This document shows positions 30,455-41,510 of a DNA stretch of 50,129 nucleotides, one piece after another. The stretch is from Spirochaetota bacterium. GTDB lineage: Bacteria; Spirochaetota; UBA4802; UBA5550. Every line of letters begins with the position of its first letter. Positions within the stretch are counted from its first letter, which is position 1. The notes below the pieces were generated by a model that had not been told where the DNA came from, did no database searches, and worked only from the letters and a program-made list of their open reading frames with translations. Location: assembly GCA_009787025.1 (NCBI GenBank), contig WRGT01000069.1, positions 1 through 50,129 on the forward strand. Direction: 5' to 3'. Made by a program: the position numbers and the translations under genes.

Positions 30455-32629
30455 TCAAATCGCCTTATTATTCCTCAATGCAAACACAACCAGCTTGCGC
30501 GTAATCCTCTCCTTTATTGACGATACTTTTTCAAGCTCCATCCTTTCTAAAAACTTTGCAGATGATTCAGGTATTGGTCTTAAAAATTCAAGCGCTGCGC
30601 CTCTTACAAACTTTGACGGGTATCCGGTCATAAGATTCTTCATAGCCTTTAATGAACCGCCAATAATTATTTCTTCCTTAGTCAAATCTGTTCCGAATGG
30701 GAATTGCTGAAAATATCCCTGATCCTGATAGGGTTTTAATATACTTGTAATCTTATCAGGCGTATTGTTACGATATTCTTCGGGTATCTCATAATCATTT
30801 GGTATCTTCTTAGCCTTCTTCGCCTGATCAAGCAGCTGCGGCTGGAATCTTGAATCTGCAATGTTTAACATCTCTTTAATTATATAGCTGTCATATCTGC
30901 CCTTTATATCTGCTATACCATACTCTGTAACAACAATATCCCTTAAATGTCTTGGGAGAGAACATTGACCATAGTTGAAAAGTATATTTGATTTCAATGT
31001 TTTGCCTGAACCTCTTGTGCTCTTAATCAGCATTATAAACCTTGCATCGCGCATTATGTGAGCCATATATGCAAAATTAAATTGCCCGCCTATACCGCTC
31101 ACAACCCTTCCGTCTTCAAGCTGGTCTGATGCTATTGCTCCAAGCAGGGTAGCCTTCATTCCTGTGTTTATAAATCTGCCGTCCTTTCTCTGCAATTCAC
31201 GAAGCACTTCGTCTCCATACAGTTGATTTACCTTCTCAACTCCCGACATGCCGAATAACATTCTCTCCTCTTCGCTCATATCGTTAAGAGCCTTATAAAA
31301 GGACTGCGGTCCAAGGAAGAAAGCTCCAAGTATTACCTGACCTCCAAGAAGCTCTTTACCCAGTATATTTCTTATCTTAACTCTATTCTCTTGTTTATCC
31401 ATATCAACCGGATAGCTTGTGCTGCCGTCTTTAATAGCATTTTTATCAAACTTAAGTCCCTTCTTTAATATTCCGAATTCGGTCAAAAATTTAAAATCTT
31501 CCTCTGTGAGTTTTGGCTGAATTGCCTTCAGTTTAAGGAGTTTATCTATAATATCTGCAGGTATCTTATCCGCAGACAGCTCTCCATTATTGATCAACCG
31601 CATGATAGGTATGCTATCAAAAACCTTGCGCTTTAGAATACCTCTCTTATACATCTGCAGAAATGAATCAATGAACATCTCAGATGAACCATATAATCCC
31701 TCTTTAAAGACTCCTGTGCCGCCCCAATCCCTTATAAGATCGCCATACCTTGAAATTATACCCGCCTTTTCAAGAACCTCATTGTACACCTGATTATTTT
31801 CATTTCTCATTATAAGTTGCGAAACAATCGCATCTCCAAGCGCTCCGATACCTACCTGTATTGTTCCTGCGTCTTTTATCAAAGCGCTGACATTTAATCC
31901 TATCATGTGATCGGCTAAGCTCACACCATCCTTAGGAGCGCCGAATAGTCTGGTATTAAACGTCTCCCCTTGAAGGATAACATCGTATAAGTCTTTATCT
32001 ACAACAGCATCGCCATACATATAGGGCATATTAGAATTAGCTTCAGCTATCGCAACGACTTTCTCTCCTTTAGCTCTCATCATATTAGCCCACTCAATAG
32101 CTTCTACGCATACATCCGTGTTAGAACCCATTGAATATACTGTCTTACCGTTTATCTCCTTAACTGAGAGAAGCTGAGCATAAACATTCATGCCGGTTAA
32201 TATAGCATCACGGCACATGTGAGTGTAGTTTGACGGAATATGATTCATTTGAAAATGCGGATTGTCCATTTGAGCGCCGGCCCTGCCGTAAAGTTCATGT
32301 ACTTGAACATTCTTCGGCAATTTCCCTGCGCGCATATCTAACATAAAATCAAATTCAAGAACGCCGTCAAAAAGTCTCTCTGCTATAGGCTTCAAGAGTC
32401 TCCTCTCTAAATCACTATTCCCTTTAGGCTTCTCTAAAATTATAGCGGATACAATTCGCAAATTCATCTCCGGATCCTCTTTTGCCCTTCTATACAACTC
32501 ATTTGTAAAGAGGATAGGTTTCCCCAGGCAGTTAGTCATGCCCAGAGTAATATCTTTGCCCACAAACTTAATTACCTCATCAGCAACTTTTTTTACATCA
32601 TCTGAAATTATACCAGTTTTTCCATTCAC
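30455..32629 (-). CDS. acetyl-CoA hydrolase / acyl-CoA transferase family protein, paralog A
   Basis: TIQVGIGALGD, SSEMF, SGIGGQ, RDIVVTEYGIAD; GTG start. Confidence 0.88.
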   Translation of the reverse strand: MNGKTGIISDDVKKVADEVIKFVGKDITLGMTNCLGKPILFTNELYRRAKEDPEMNLRIVSAIILEKPKGNSDLERRLLKPIAERLFDGVLEFDFMLDMRAGKLPKNVQVHELYGRAGAQMDNPHFQMNHIPSNYTHMCRDAILTGMNVYAQLLSVKEINGKTVYSMGSNTDVCVEAIEWANMMRAKGEKVVAIAEANSNMPYMYGDAVVDKDLYDVILQGETFNTRLFGAPKDGVSLADHMIGLNVSALIKDAGTIQVGIGALGDAIVSQLIMRNENNQVYNEVLEKAGIISRYGDLIRDWGGTGVFKEGLYGSSEMFIDSFLQMYKRGILKRKVFDSIPIMRLINNGELSADKIPADIIDKLLKLKAIQPKLTEEDFKFLTEFGILKKGLKFDKNAIKDGSTSYPVDMDKQENRVKIRNILGKELLGGQVILGAFFLGPQSFYKALNDMSEEERMLFGMSGVEKVNQLYGDEVLRELQRKDGRFINTGMKATLLGAIASDQLEDGRVVSGIGGQFNFAYMAHIMRDARFIMLIKSTRGSGKTLKSNILFNYGQCSLPRHLRDIVVTEYGIADIKGRYDSYIIKEMLNIADSRFQPQLLDQAKKAKKIPNDYEIPEEYRNNTPDKITSILKPYQDQGYFQQFPFGTDLTKEEIIIGGSLKAMKNLMTGYPSKFVRGAALEFLRPIPESSAKFLERMELEKVSSIKERITRKLVVFALRNNKAI

Positions 32630-32757
32630 AACATATACCTTCTATCTATAAAAATTTTTATATAAAATTAGACAAAATATTTTATTGTATTAGTAAATAG
32701 ATTATACAACAATTTTCATCAACAACTTTTTTAAAAAAATAGAAAGAGGGGCAGGCT

Positions 32758-32846
32758 GGAGATTGATAATCTCCCATACTTCATGGCAAAAATCATTTCA
32801 CGACCAAATTATCCGTAACCGAAAAGATTATTATCGAGATGCAAAA
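32758..32846 (-). repeat. conserved 3' UTR with hairpin, copy 2
   Basis: near-identical to 30366-30454. Confidence 0.85.
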
Positions 32847-35027
32847 TCAAATCGCCTTATTGTTCCTCAATGCAAATACAATCAGCTTGCGAGTAATCCT
32901 CTCCTTTATTGACGACGGTTTTTCAAGCTCCATCCTCTCTAAAAACTTTGCAGCAGATTCAGGTATTGGTCTTAAAAATTCAAGAGCAACACCCCGCACG
33001 AACTTTAAGGGCGCTCCGCTCACAAGACTCTTCATAGCCTTTAATGAACCTCCAAGCGTTATCTCTATGGGAAGCAAATCCGTTCCAAACGGGAACGGTT
33101 TAAAATATCCCTGTTCCTGATACGGTTTCAATAGCTTTACAATCTTGTCTGGTGTGTTGTGACGATACTGTTCGGGAATCTCATAATCCTTTGGTATCTT
33201 CTTTGCCTTCTTTGCCTGAGCAAGCAGCTCCGGCTGGAATCTGGAATCTGCAATGTTTAACATCTCTTTAATTATATAGCTGTCGGGTCTGCCCTTTATA
33301 TCTGCAATACCATACTCCGTAACAACAATATCCCTGTAATATCTGGGAACCGAACAGTGACCGTAACTGAAGACTATATTTGACCTCAATGATTTACCCG
33401 AACCCTTTGTGCTCTTAACCATCATTATAAGCCTTGCATCGCGCAGTATATGAGCCATATATGCAAAATCAAGCTGTCCGCCGATACCGCTTATAAGTCT
33501 TCCGTCTTCAAGCTGGTCTGATGCTATTGCTCCGAGCAGAGTTGCCTTCACCCCTGTGTTCACAAACCTGCCGTCTTTTCTCTGGAGTTCGCGCAAGACT
33601 TCGTCTCCATACAACTGATTTACCTTCTCAACTCCGGACATGCCGAATAAACTTCTCTCCTCTTCGCTCATATCATTAAGAGCCTTATAAAAAGCCTGCG
33701 GACCGATAAAAAAAGCTCCAAGTATTACCTTGCCGCCAAGAAGTTCTTTACCAAGTATCTTTCTTATCTTAAGCCTGTTCTCACTCTTACTCATATCACC
33801 GGGATAATTTGTGTTACCGTCTTTAACAGTTCCATTGACAAACTTAAGTCCCTTTTTTAATATTCCGAATTCAGTTAAGAATTTAAAATCTTTCGCTGTG
33901 AGCTTGTCTGAAATAGCCTCCATCTTAAGGAGTTTATCTATAATATCTGCAGGTATCTTATCTGCAGAGAGCTGCCCCTTATTTATCAGCTTCATGACAG
34001 GTATGCTCTCAAAAACCTTACGCTTGAGTATTCCGCTCTTGTACATCTGCATAAACGCGTCAACGAACATCTCAGACGAACCGTATAATCCCTTTTTAAA
34101 GACTCCGGTGTCCCCATGATTTTTTATCAAATCTCCATATCTTGCAGTTAAGCCGCACTTTTCAATGATTTCATTATAGACCTGATTATTCTCATTACGC
34201 AGTATAAGTCCAGAAACAATTGCATCTCCAAGCGCTCCGATACCTACCTGTATTGTTCCCCCGTCCTTTATCAGAGGACTGACATTTAATCCTATCATGT
34301 GGTCGGTCAAAGCTACGGGGTCCTTAGGAGCGCCGAATATCCTGGTATTAAACTTCTCCCCCTGAAGGATTATATCATATTCGTTTTTATCTACAACAGC
34401 GTCTCCATACATGTAAGGCAAATTAGTATTGGCTTCTGCTACCGCAAGAACCTTTTCCCCTCTTGCTTTCAGCGCTTTAACTTCTTCAAGACCTTCTACG
34501 CATATATCCGTGTTGCAGCCCATGGAATACACAGTCTTCCCGTTTATCTTTTTAACTGAAATCAACTGGGCAAAAACATTAATACCGTTTACTAAGGCAT
34601 CGCGGCAGCAGTGGGTATAGTTTGACGGAAGATGATTCATCTGATAATGCTGATTATGCAGATTAACGCCAGCCTTACCAAAAAACTCATATATCTGAAC
34701 GTTTTTTGGTAATTTCCCTGCGCGAATATCTAACATAAAATCAAATTCAGGAACACCGTCGAAAAGCCTCTCTGATATAGGTTTTAAAAATCTTCTCTCT
34801 AGATCGCTGTTCCCCTTAGGCTTTTCAAGAGGTAAAGCTGTTATTATTGACAAAGTCATCTCGGGATCTTCTTTAACCCTTCTGTAAAGTTCATTAGTTA
34901 TAAAGACAGGTTTCCCTAAGCCAAGAGTCATCCCCAACTGAATATCTTTACCTATATACTTAATTATCGCATCTACAGCCTTTTTTACATCGTCTGATAT
35001 TACATTGTTTTTTCCATTTATAAGCAT
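32847..35027 (-). CDS. acetyl-CoA hydrolase / acyl-CoA transferase family protein, paralog B
   Basis: same motifs as paralog A, colinear over full length. Confidence 0.88.
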   Translation of the reverse strand: MLINGKNNVISDDVKKAVDAIIKYIGKDIQLGMTLGLGKPVFITNELYRRVKEDPEMTLSIITALPLEKPKGNSDLERRFLKPISERLFDGVPEFDFMLDIRAGKLPKNVQIYEFFGKAGVNLHNQHYQMNHLPSNYTHCCRDALVNGINVFAQLISVKKINGKTVYSMGCNTDICVEGLEEVKALKARGEKVLAVAEANTNLPYMYGDAVVDKNEYDIILQGEKFNTRIFGAPKDPVALTDHMIGLNVSPLIKDGGTIQVGIGALGDAIVSGLILRNENNQVYNEIIEKCGLTARYGDLIKNHGDTGVFKKGLYGSSEMFVDAFMQMYKSGILKRKVFESIPVMKLINKGQLSADKIPADIIDKLLKMEAISDKLTAKDFKFLTEFGILKKGLKFVNGTVKDGNTNYPGDMSKSENRLKIRKILGKELLGGKVILGAFFIGPQAFYKALNDMSEEERSLFGMSGVEKVNQLYGDEVLRELQRKDGRFVNTGVKATLLGAIASDQLEDGRLISGIGGQLDFAYMAHILRDARLIMMVKSTKGSGKSLRSNIVFSYGHCSVPRYYRDIVVTEYGIADIKGRPDSYIIKEMLNIADSRFQPELLAQAKKAKKIPKDYEIPEQYRHNTPDKIVKLLKPYQEQGYFKPFPFGTDLLPIEITLGGSLKAMKSLVSGAPLKFVRGVALEFLRPIPESAAKFLERMELEKPSSIKERITRKLIVFALRNNKAI

Positions 35028-35195
35028 AATACCTACCTGAATATTTATAAAAATTTTTTACACAAACATTAGACAAAACAGAATTTCTATCTATTTATAA
35101 ATAGATTATATCATAAAACAATTTTCATCAACAACTTTTTTTAAAAAAGATATATTACAACGATCATAAATAGGCAGGCATATAAAATAGAGCTC

Positions 35196-35224
35196 TATAG
35201 GGGCGGATAATATCCGCCCCTGTA
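35196..35224. repeat. REP-like palindrome or terminator hairpin
   Basis: TATAGGGGCGGATA-A-TATCCGCCCCTGTA just downstream of paralog C. Confidence 0.7.
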
Positions 35225-35238
35225 CTTATAAAAAAATA

Positions 35239-37413
35239 TTAAATCGCCTTATTATTCCTTAGGGCAAATACAATCAGCTTACGCATAACCCTTTCTTTCA
35301 GGGATGATACTTTTGAAAAATTCATCCTCTCTAAAAATGGTGCGGCAGATTTAGGTATGGGTCTTAATAATTCAAAGAAAACACCACGCGCAAACTTTAA
35401 GGTCGATCCGCTTGCTAAAGCCTTCATTCCCTTCAACGAACCTCCGAGAATTATCTCCTGCTGAGTCAAATCTGTTCCAAATGGGAATGATTGAAAAAAT
35501 CCCTTGCTCTGATAAGGTTTTAACAGACTAATAATCTTGTCAGGATAATTGTGACGATACTGCTCAGGTATCTCATAGTCCTTTGGTATCTTCTTAGCAT
35601 CCTTTGCCTGTTTCAGCAGCTGAGGCTGAAATCTTGAATCCGCAATATTTAACATCTCTTGAATAATATATCTGTCAGGTTTGCCCTTCACATCCGCTAT
35701 ACCATACTCTGTAACAACAATATCCCTTAAATGTCTGGGGACCGAACAGTGTCCATAGTTCCAAACTATATTTGACTTCAATGATTTGCCCGAACCCTTT
35801 ACACTCTTAATCATCATTATGAGCCTTGAATCACGCAGTAAATTAGACATATATGCAAAATCAAACTGCCCGCCGATACCACTCACAACTCTACCGTCTT
35901 CAAGCTGGTCAGATGCTATCGCCCCAAGCAGAGAAGCCTTCATTCCTGTATTTATAAATCTGCCGTCCTTTCTCTGCAGTGATCGAAGCTCCTCACCGCC
36001 ATATAACTGATTTACCTTCTCAACACCGGACATACCGAATTGACTCCGTTCCTCTTCACTCATTTCATTAAGAGCCTGATAAAAAGCCTGCGGTCCGAGG
36101 AAAAAGGCTCCCAGTATTACCTGTCCTCCTAAAAGCTCCTTGCCCAATATCTTTCTTATCTTAGTCCTATTCTCGCTTTTAGTCATATCACCGGGATAGT
36201 TCACATTACCATCTTTAATAATTCCATTGGCAAATTTAAGTCCTTTCTTTAGTATTCCGAATTTAGTCAAAAATTTAAAATCTTTCTCTGTAAGTTTTGT
36301 CTGAATAGCCTCTATCTTAAGGAGCTTATCTATAATATCCACAGGGATTTTATCTGCGGAGAGCTGCCCGCTATTGATCAACTTCATGATCGGTATACTT
36401 TCAAAAACCTTGCGTTTAAGTATACCCCTCTTGTACATCTGCATAAATACGTCAACAAACATCTCGGACGAACCGTATAATCCCTTTTTGAAGACTCCAG
36501 TACCGCCCCAATCTCTTATAAGATCGCCATACCTTGCAAGTACACCGGCTTTTTCAAGAACCTCATTGTACACTTCATTATTCTCATTTCTGAGTATAAG
36601 CCCGTAACCAATGGCATCACCAAGCGCTCCTATACCTACCTGTATTGTTCCTCCGTCTTTAATCAGAGAACTGACATTTAACCCTATCATGTGATCGGTC
36701 AAAGCTACAGCATCCTTGGGAGCGCCGAACAGCTTATTATTAAACTGCTCACCTTGGAGTATCACGTCATATTCATTTTTATCTACAATAGCGTCGCCAT
36801 ACATAAACGGCATTTTTTCATTAGCTTCGGCTATTATAGCAACCTTCTTCCCGTTAGCTCTCATTTTTTTAAGCGTTTCAAGGGCTTCTATCCATATATC
36901 AGTGTTAGAAGCCATTGAATACACGGTCTTCCCGTTTATCTTCTTAACCGAGAGCTCCTGAGCCATAACATTAAATCCGTACATTATGGCATCACGAGCG
37001 CAGTTAGTGTAGTTTGATGAAAAGTGATGCATCTGCCAATGCTGACTATTCATATTAGCGCCCGCTTTTCCGAAAAATTCATGTACGTTAACATTCTTTG
37101 GCAACGTATTTGCGCGCAGATCGAACATAAAATCAAATTCCGGAACACCGTCAAAGAGCCTTTCTGCTATAGGTCTTAAAAATCTTCTCTCTATTTCGCT
37201 GTTCCCTTTAGGCTTTTCAAGAGGTATAGCGGTTACTATTGTTAACTTCATCTCCGGATCTTCTTTTGCCCTTCTATACAATTCATTTGCTACAAAAGCA
37301 GATTTCCCTAAACCAAGAGTCATACCAAGACAAATATCTTTACCTACATGCTTAATTGTATCATCTACAACTTTTTTTACATCATTTGCGATTACGCCGC
37401 TTTTTCCATTCAT
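35239..37413 (-). CDS. acetyl-CoA hydrolase / acyl-CoA transferase family protein, paralog C
   Basis: same motifs; start set at ATG 37413 (MNGKSG) after AAGGTGAG, GTG 37422 is an alternative. Confidence 0.88.
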   Translation of the reverse strand: MNGKSGVIANDVKKVVDDTIKHVGKDICLGMTLGLGKSAFVANELYRRAKEDPEMKLTIVTAIPLEKPKGNSEIERRFLRPIAERLFDGVPEFDFMFDLRANTLPKNVNVHEFFGKAGANMNSQHWQMHHFSSNYTNCARDAIMYGFNVMAQELSVKKINGKTVYSMASNTDIWIEALETLKKMRANGKKVAIIAEANEKMPFMYGDAIVDKNEYDVILQGEQFNNKLFGAPKDAVALTDHMIGLNVSSLIKDGGTIQVGIGALGDAIGYGLILRNENNEVYNEVLEKAGVLARYGDLIRDWGGTGVFKKGLYGSSEMFVDVFMQMYKRGILKRKVFESIPIMKLINSGQLSADKIPVDIIDKLLKIEAIQTKLTEKDFKFLTKFGILKKGLKFANGIIKDGNVNYPGDMTKSENRTKIRKILGKELLGGQVILGAFFLGPQAFYQALNEMSEEERSQFGMSGVEKVNQLYGGEELRSLQRKDGRFINTGMKASLLGAIASDQLEDGRVVSGIGGQFDFAYMSNLLRDSRLIMMIKSVKGSGKSLKSNIVWNYGHCSVPRHLRDIVVTEYGIADVKGKPDRYIIQEMLNIADSRFQPQLLKQAKDAKKIPKDYEIPEQYRHNYPDKIISLLKPYQSKGFFQSFPFGTDLTQQEIILGGSLKGMKALASGSTLKFARGVFFELLRPIPKSAAPFLERMNFSKVSSLKERVMRKLIVFALRNNKAI

Positions 37414-37641
37414 AACACTCACCTTTTATTTATAAAAATTTTTTACATGAAAATTTAAATAAGATTTTAAAACTTAACAAATAAAAATAATTAATAATCA
37501 ATACGATTATAAACTTTTATTATAAAAATACTACTACTTTTTTATAATAAAATATTTTTTTATGATAATAATAAAATTTTTATTAAATAAACATAGATAA
37601 TGGTAACTTTAGTGCTTTTTTTCTTATAATAACATCTATTA

Positions 37642-40461
37642 TTAAACACTCTTTTTGAACATCTTTGCAAGAAACTGACCAGTGTATGATGATCCGATTT
37701 TAGTCAACTGCTCGGGAGTGCCTGTCCCTATGAGCCTTCCGCCTGCATCACCTCCCTCAGGACCAAGATCAATTATATAATCGGCTGTCTTTATTACATC
37801 GAGATTGTGTTCAATAACTATTACGCTGTTACCTTTATCTACAAGCGAGTTTAGAACTTCTATGAGTTTTCTAATATCATCAAAGTGAAGTCCCGTAGTA
37901 GGCTCATCAAGTATATATACAGTCTTTCCGGTACCCTTTTTTGAGAGCTCTGTTGCAAGTTTAATCCTCTGCGCCTCCCCCCCTGAAAGTGTTGTTGCAG
38001 GCTGACCAAGCTTAATATATCCCAGTCCCACCCTTTGCAATGTTTCCAGCTTTGAATTTACAGATGGTATGCTGTCAAAAAACGGAATAGCCTCATCAAC
38101 AGTCATATCAAGGACTTCAAAAATATTCTTCCCTTTAAATCTCACTTCAAGCGTTTCATGGTTATATCTCTTACCCTTGCATACATCGCATGTAATATAT
38201 ACGTCGGGCAAAAAATGCATCTCTATTTTTTTTACTCCGTCCCCCTCGCAGGATTCACATCTCCCGCCGGGAACATTAAATGAAAATCTCCCTGCCTTAT
38301 ACCCGCGCACCCTTGATTCGGGAAGTTTTGTATAGAGATCACGTATTGGAGTAAAAAGACCCGTATATGTTGCAGGATTTGATCTTGGAGTTCTGCCTAT
38401 CGGCGATTGGTCTATATCAATTACCTTATCAATATATTCAATGCCGTATATCTCATCAAATGCGCCGGGGTATTCCTTAGACTTCATTACAAGAGATGAC
38501 AGTGCTTTATATAAAATTTCTATAATAAGAGACGACTTCCCCGATCCCGAAACTCCGGTAACTGCCGTAAAAAGACCTAACGGAAAACTTACGTCTATCT
38601 TCTTTAAATTATTTTCAGCCGCGCCTTTAACTGTTATAAACTTTTCAGCTTTCCGTCTATCTTTAGGAACAGGTATTGTTTTTTTACCTGAGAGATAATT
38701 CCCTGTAATAGACTTAGGAGACTCCTTAATATCCTCAGGCGTACCCATAGCTACAATATACCCGCCGTTTACGCCTGCGCCTGGTCCAAGGTCAACAACA
38801 TAATCCGCTTCCATGATTGTTTCCTCATCATGCTCAACAACCAATACGGTATTCCCTATATCGCGGAGATGCTTTAATGTCTTCATCAATCTCTCGTTAT
38901 CCCTCTGATGAAGACCTATGCTCGGTTCATCTAAAACATAGAGTACGCCAGTAAGCGCAGCCCCTATCTGAGTAGCCAGCCTGATCCGCTGAGATTCTCC
39001 CCCTGAAAGCGTACCGGCAGCTCTTTCCAAAGTGAGATAATCAATCCCAACATCAATAAGGAATTTCAGCCTCGCCTTAATCTCCTTGAGTATCTGCTCT
39101 GCAATCTTTTGCTCTGTGCTGTTTAGTTTAATTGAATTGAAAAACTCAAGCGATTCTTTTATAGACATTGAAGATATATCGTTTATTCCCTTGCCTGCAA
39201 CCTTTACTGCCAAAATCTCAGGCTTTAACCTTTTGCCGCCGCAGGCAGTGCACACATTGTTAGACATGTATCTCTCCATCCACATGCGCATCTCTTCGGA
39301 ATTTGTCTCCTTATACCTTCTTTCAAGATTCGGCAGCACGCCTTCAAATGATCTTGAAAATTTGAACTCCGCTTCACTGCGCTTTATATCATAGTCCACC
39401 TTATTTCTGCCTGTACCGTACAGTATTACTTTTTTGACATTTTCGGAAAGGTTCTTCCAGGGAGTATCAGGATTAAATTTTAAACTTTTCGCAAGAGCCT
39501 GAATCGTTTCAAGGTACCAGTAGCTTGTACTTTTACCCCACACTTCCAAAACTCCGTCGTTAAGAGATTTCTCTGGGTCGGATACAATCCGTTCGGGATC
39601 AAACTGCATAATATAACCAAGACCGTCACATTCGGGACAGGCGCCGTATGGGCTGTTAAAAGAGAACATCCTCGGAGAGAGTTCAGGAATGGAAATACCG
39701 CAATCGGCGCAGGAGAGTTGCGTTGAAAATATGTGTTCGTCATCATCTACAAGAGCTATAATTAAACCCTCACTGAGATCAATTGCAGTCTCAATAGATT
39801 CTGCCAATCTGGATCTTATCCCGTCCTTAATAACAATCCTGTCTACAACTACATCTATTGTATGTTTCTTATTCTTTTCTAAAACAATATCATCATCAAC
39901 GGTTTTAAATTCTCCATCAATCCTAAGCCTCACAAAACCGTTCTTTTTAACCTGATCTATGCTGTCAACATGTTCGCCTTTTTTCCCTCTTACTATGGGC
40001 GCAAGTATCTGACACTTGGAATTTTTCTTAAACGTAAGTATAGATTCAACTATCTGATCGACAGATTGTGAGGATATTTTCTTACCGCATTTATGACAGT
40101 ATGGAATACCTATTCTGGCATAGAGAAGGCGGAAGTAATCATATATCTCCGTAACAGTACCGACTGTAGATCGCGGATTTCTATGCGTAGTCTTTTGTTC
40201 AATAGATATGGCAGGGGAGAGACCGTCAATAAAATCAACATTAGGCTTCTCCATTAAACCAAGGAACTGTCTTGCATAAGCAGACAGAGATTCAACATAT
40301 CTTCTCTGTCCCTCGGCATAAATAGTATCAAAAGCAAGAGACGATTTCCCTGAGCCGGAAAGTCCGGTTATAACAGTAAGCTTATCACGCGGTATCTCAA
40401 GTGAAATATTTTTTAAATTGTGCTCTTTAGCTCCCTTAATAACAATCTTTCTATCTTTCAT
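37642..40461 (-). CDS. uvrA: excinuclease ABC subunit A
   Basis: [23 protein letters not shown], zinc fingers, two ABC modules, [15 protein letters not shown]. Confidence 0.98.
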   Translation of the reverse strand: MKDRKIVIKGAKEHNLKNISLEIPRDKLTVITGLSGSGKSSLAFDTIYAEGQRRYVESLSAYARQFLGLMEKPNVDFIDGLSPAISIEQKTTHRNPRSTVGTVTEIYDYFRLLYARIGIPYCHKCGKKISSQSVDQIVESILTFKKNSKCQILAPIVRGKKGEHVDSIDQVKKNGFVRLRIDGEFKTVDDDIVLEKNKKHTIDVVVDRIVIKDGIRSRLAESIETAIDLSEGLIIALVDDDEHIFSTQLSCADCGISIPELSPRMFSFNSPYGACPECDGLGYIMQFDPERIVSDPEKSLNDGVLEVWGKSTSYWYLETIQALAKSLKFNPDTPWKNLSENVKKVILYGTGRNKVDYDIKRSEAEFKFSRSFEGVLPNLERRYKETNSEEMRMWMERYMSNNVCTACGGKRLKPEILAVKVAGKGINDISSMSIKESLEFFNSIKLNSTEQKIAEQILKEIKARLKFLIDVGIDYLTLERAAGTLSGGESQRIRLATQIGAALTGVLYVLDEPSIGLHQRDNERLMKTLKHLRDIGNTVLVVEHDEETIMEADYVVDLGPGAGVNGGYIVAMGTPEDIKESPKSITGNYLSGKKTIPVPKDRRKAEKFITVKGAAENNLKKIDVSFPLGLFTAVTGVSGSGKSSLIIEILYKALSSLVMKSKEYPGAFDEIYGIEYIDKVIDIDQSPIGRTPRSNPATYTGLFTPIRDLYTKLPESRVRGYKAGRFSFNVPGGRCESCEGDGVKKIEMHFLPDVYITCDVCKGKRYNHETLEVRFKGKNIFEVLDMTVDEAIPFFDSIPSVNSKLETLQRVGLGYIKLGQPATTLSGGEAQRIKLATELSKKGTGKTVYILDEPTTGLHFDDIRKLIEVLNSLVDKGNSVIVIEHNLDVIKTADYIIDLGPEGGDAGGRLIGTGTPEQLTKIGSSYTGQFLAKMFKKSV

Positions 40462-40751
40462 ATCAAAGTAATATTAATAGAGCCGCACATTGGGCAGATA
40501 ATATCCCTTTCCATATCGTCATCTTCAAAATCATGCCTTTTCTTAACAAGAACATCATCCCACCTGTAATCGCAATCCTCACATGCGTAGCTTATATGGA
40601 CTTTTCTCTCGTCGGATTCGGAATACAGTTCGTCATCTTCATCAAGAAAATCGTCGGAGTCCATTAACTCCTCTTCATTATAATTTTCCTCATAGTAATC
40701 ATCTTCATACACTTCATCATTTAAATCTTTTTCAATAAAATCGTCTCCCAT
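40458..40751 (-). CDS. highly acidic zinc-ribbon protein
   Basis: D/E-rich N-half, CEDC..CPMCG; stop overlaps the uvrA start (ATGA); TTG at 40769 is an alternative start. Confidence 0.75.
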   Translation of the reverse strand: MGDDFIEKDLNDEVYEDDYYEENYNEEELMDSDDFLDEDDELYSESDERKVHISYACEDCDYRWDDVLVKKRHDFEDDDMERDIICPMCGSINITLI

Positions 40752-40867
40752 TTTATTACCATCCTTCAATATGATGATTTTGTATTTTATGCCAAAATTC
40801 CATCAAATAGTAAATATAAAAATAACAAAAAAGCAGGGTTATTATTTGTCAAAAAAATTTTAAAAGT

Positions 40868-41506
40868 TTAGTTAGATATTTTCAATTTTGTTTCTTCATT
40901 TTTTAACAGTGATTTTATAAAATTTCCATCTAATTCTGTGATTTTTCTTGAGGTAACAATTATATCCCATATACCCCAATTTTCAGCTTTCTGCGCATAC
41001 TCACGTATAACAATATAAAACTTACCCGGATAGGACAGGTCATAAGGAATATCTACTTCAAACAATTTATTGCCTGTCAAACAACTTGTATCTGCTGTTG
41101 CTACAAGTTTTGTGTTGTCATATATGTCTTTAACATAGATCTTAAGCTTAGAGTCAAAGGGGAGTTTTTTCTCTTTGTAGCGAAAAAAATCAAAATACGC
41201 CCTGTAAAAAAGATCTCTTTTATATCCGCTAACAGGTATTTCTACTTCAAATTGTTTTATAAAAAAACCCTTATTATCTATTACAGGCGGAGAATCCGAC
41301 AGAAGAGTAAGACCTGTGTTATACGCCCAATTTGCTGCATATTTATAATCTATAATCTCAGCTGCAATGCCATCCCCTCCATTATTAATATTTATACTAT
41401 TAATAACAATGGTATCACTTTCAGCCGTATTCTGCGGAGATACGGGGAGTACTGATAGAATTATAAAAAGTTGTATTATTATAGCAATTTTGTAATTTAT
41501 AAGCAT
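40868..41506 (-). CDS. exported hypothetical protein
   Basis: hydrophobic N-terminus, beta-rich body, 212 aa. Confidence 0.65.
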   Translation of the reverse strand: MLINYKIAIIIQLFIILSVLPVSPQNTAESDTIVINSININNGGDGIAAEIIDYKYAANWAYNTGLTLLSDSPPVIDNKGFFIKQFEVEIPVSGYKRDLFYRAYFDFFRYKEKKLPFDSKLKIYVKDIYDNTKLVATADTSCLTGNKLFEVDIPYDLSYPGKFYIVIREYAQKAENWGIWDIIVTSRKITELDGNFIKSLLKNEETKLKISN

Positions 41507-41510
41507 CTCC

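Noticed and set aside
30390-30457. Selenocysteine or TGA readthrough at the ends of paralogs A and B (frame stays open for 17 codons to another TGA)
   Set aside because: Paralog C ends in TAA at the same position, no SECIS-like hairpin follows the TGA, and shared UTR ancestry explains the similarity
32839-33120. Similar antisense ORFs recurring over the three CoA-transferase genes
   Set aside because: Shadows of the paralogous sense genes; the same applies to other antisense ORFs such as 44743-45315
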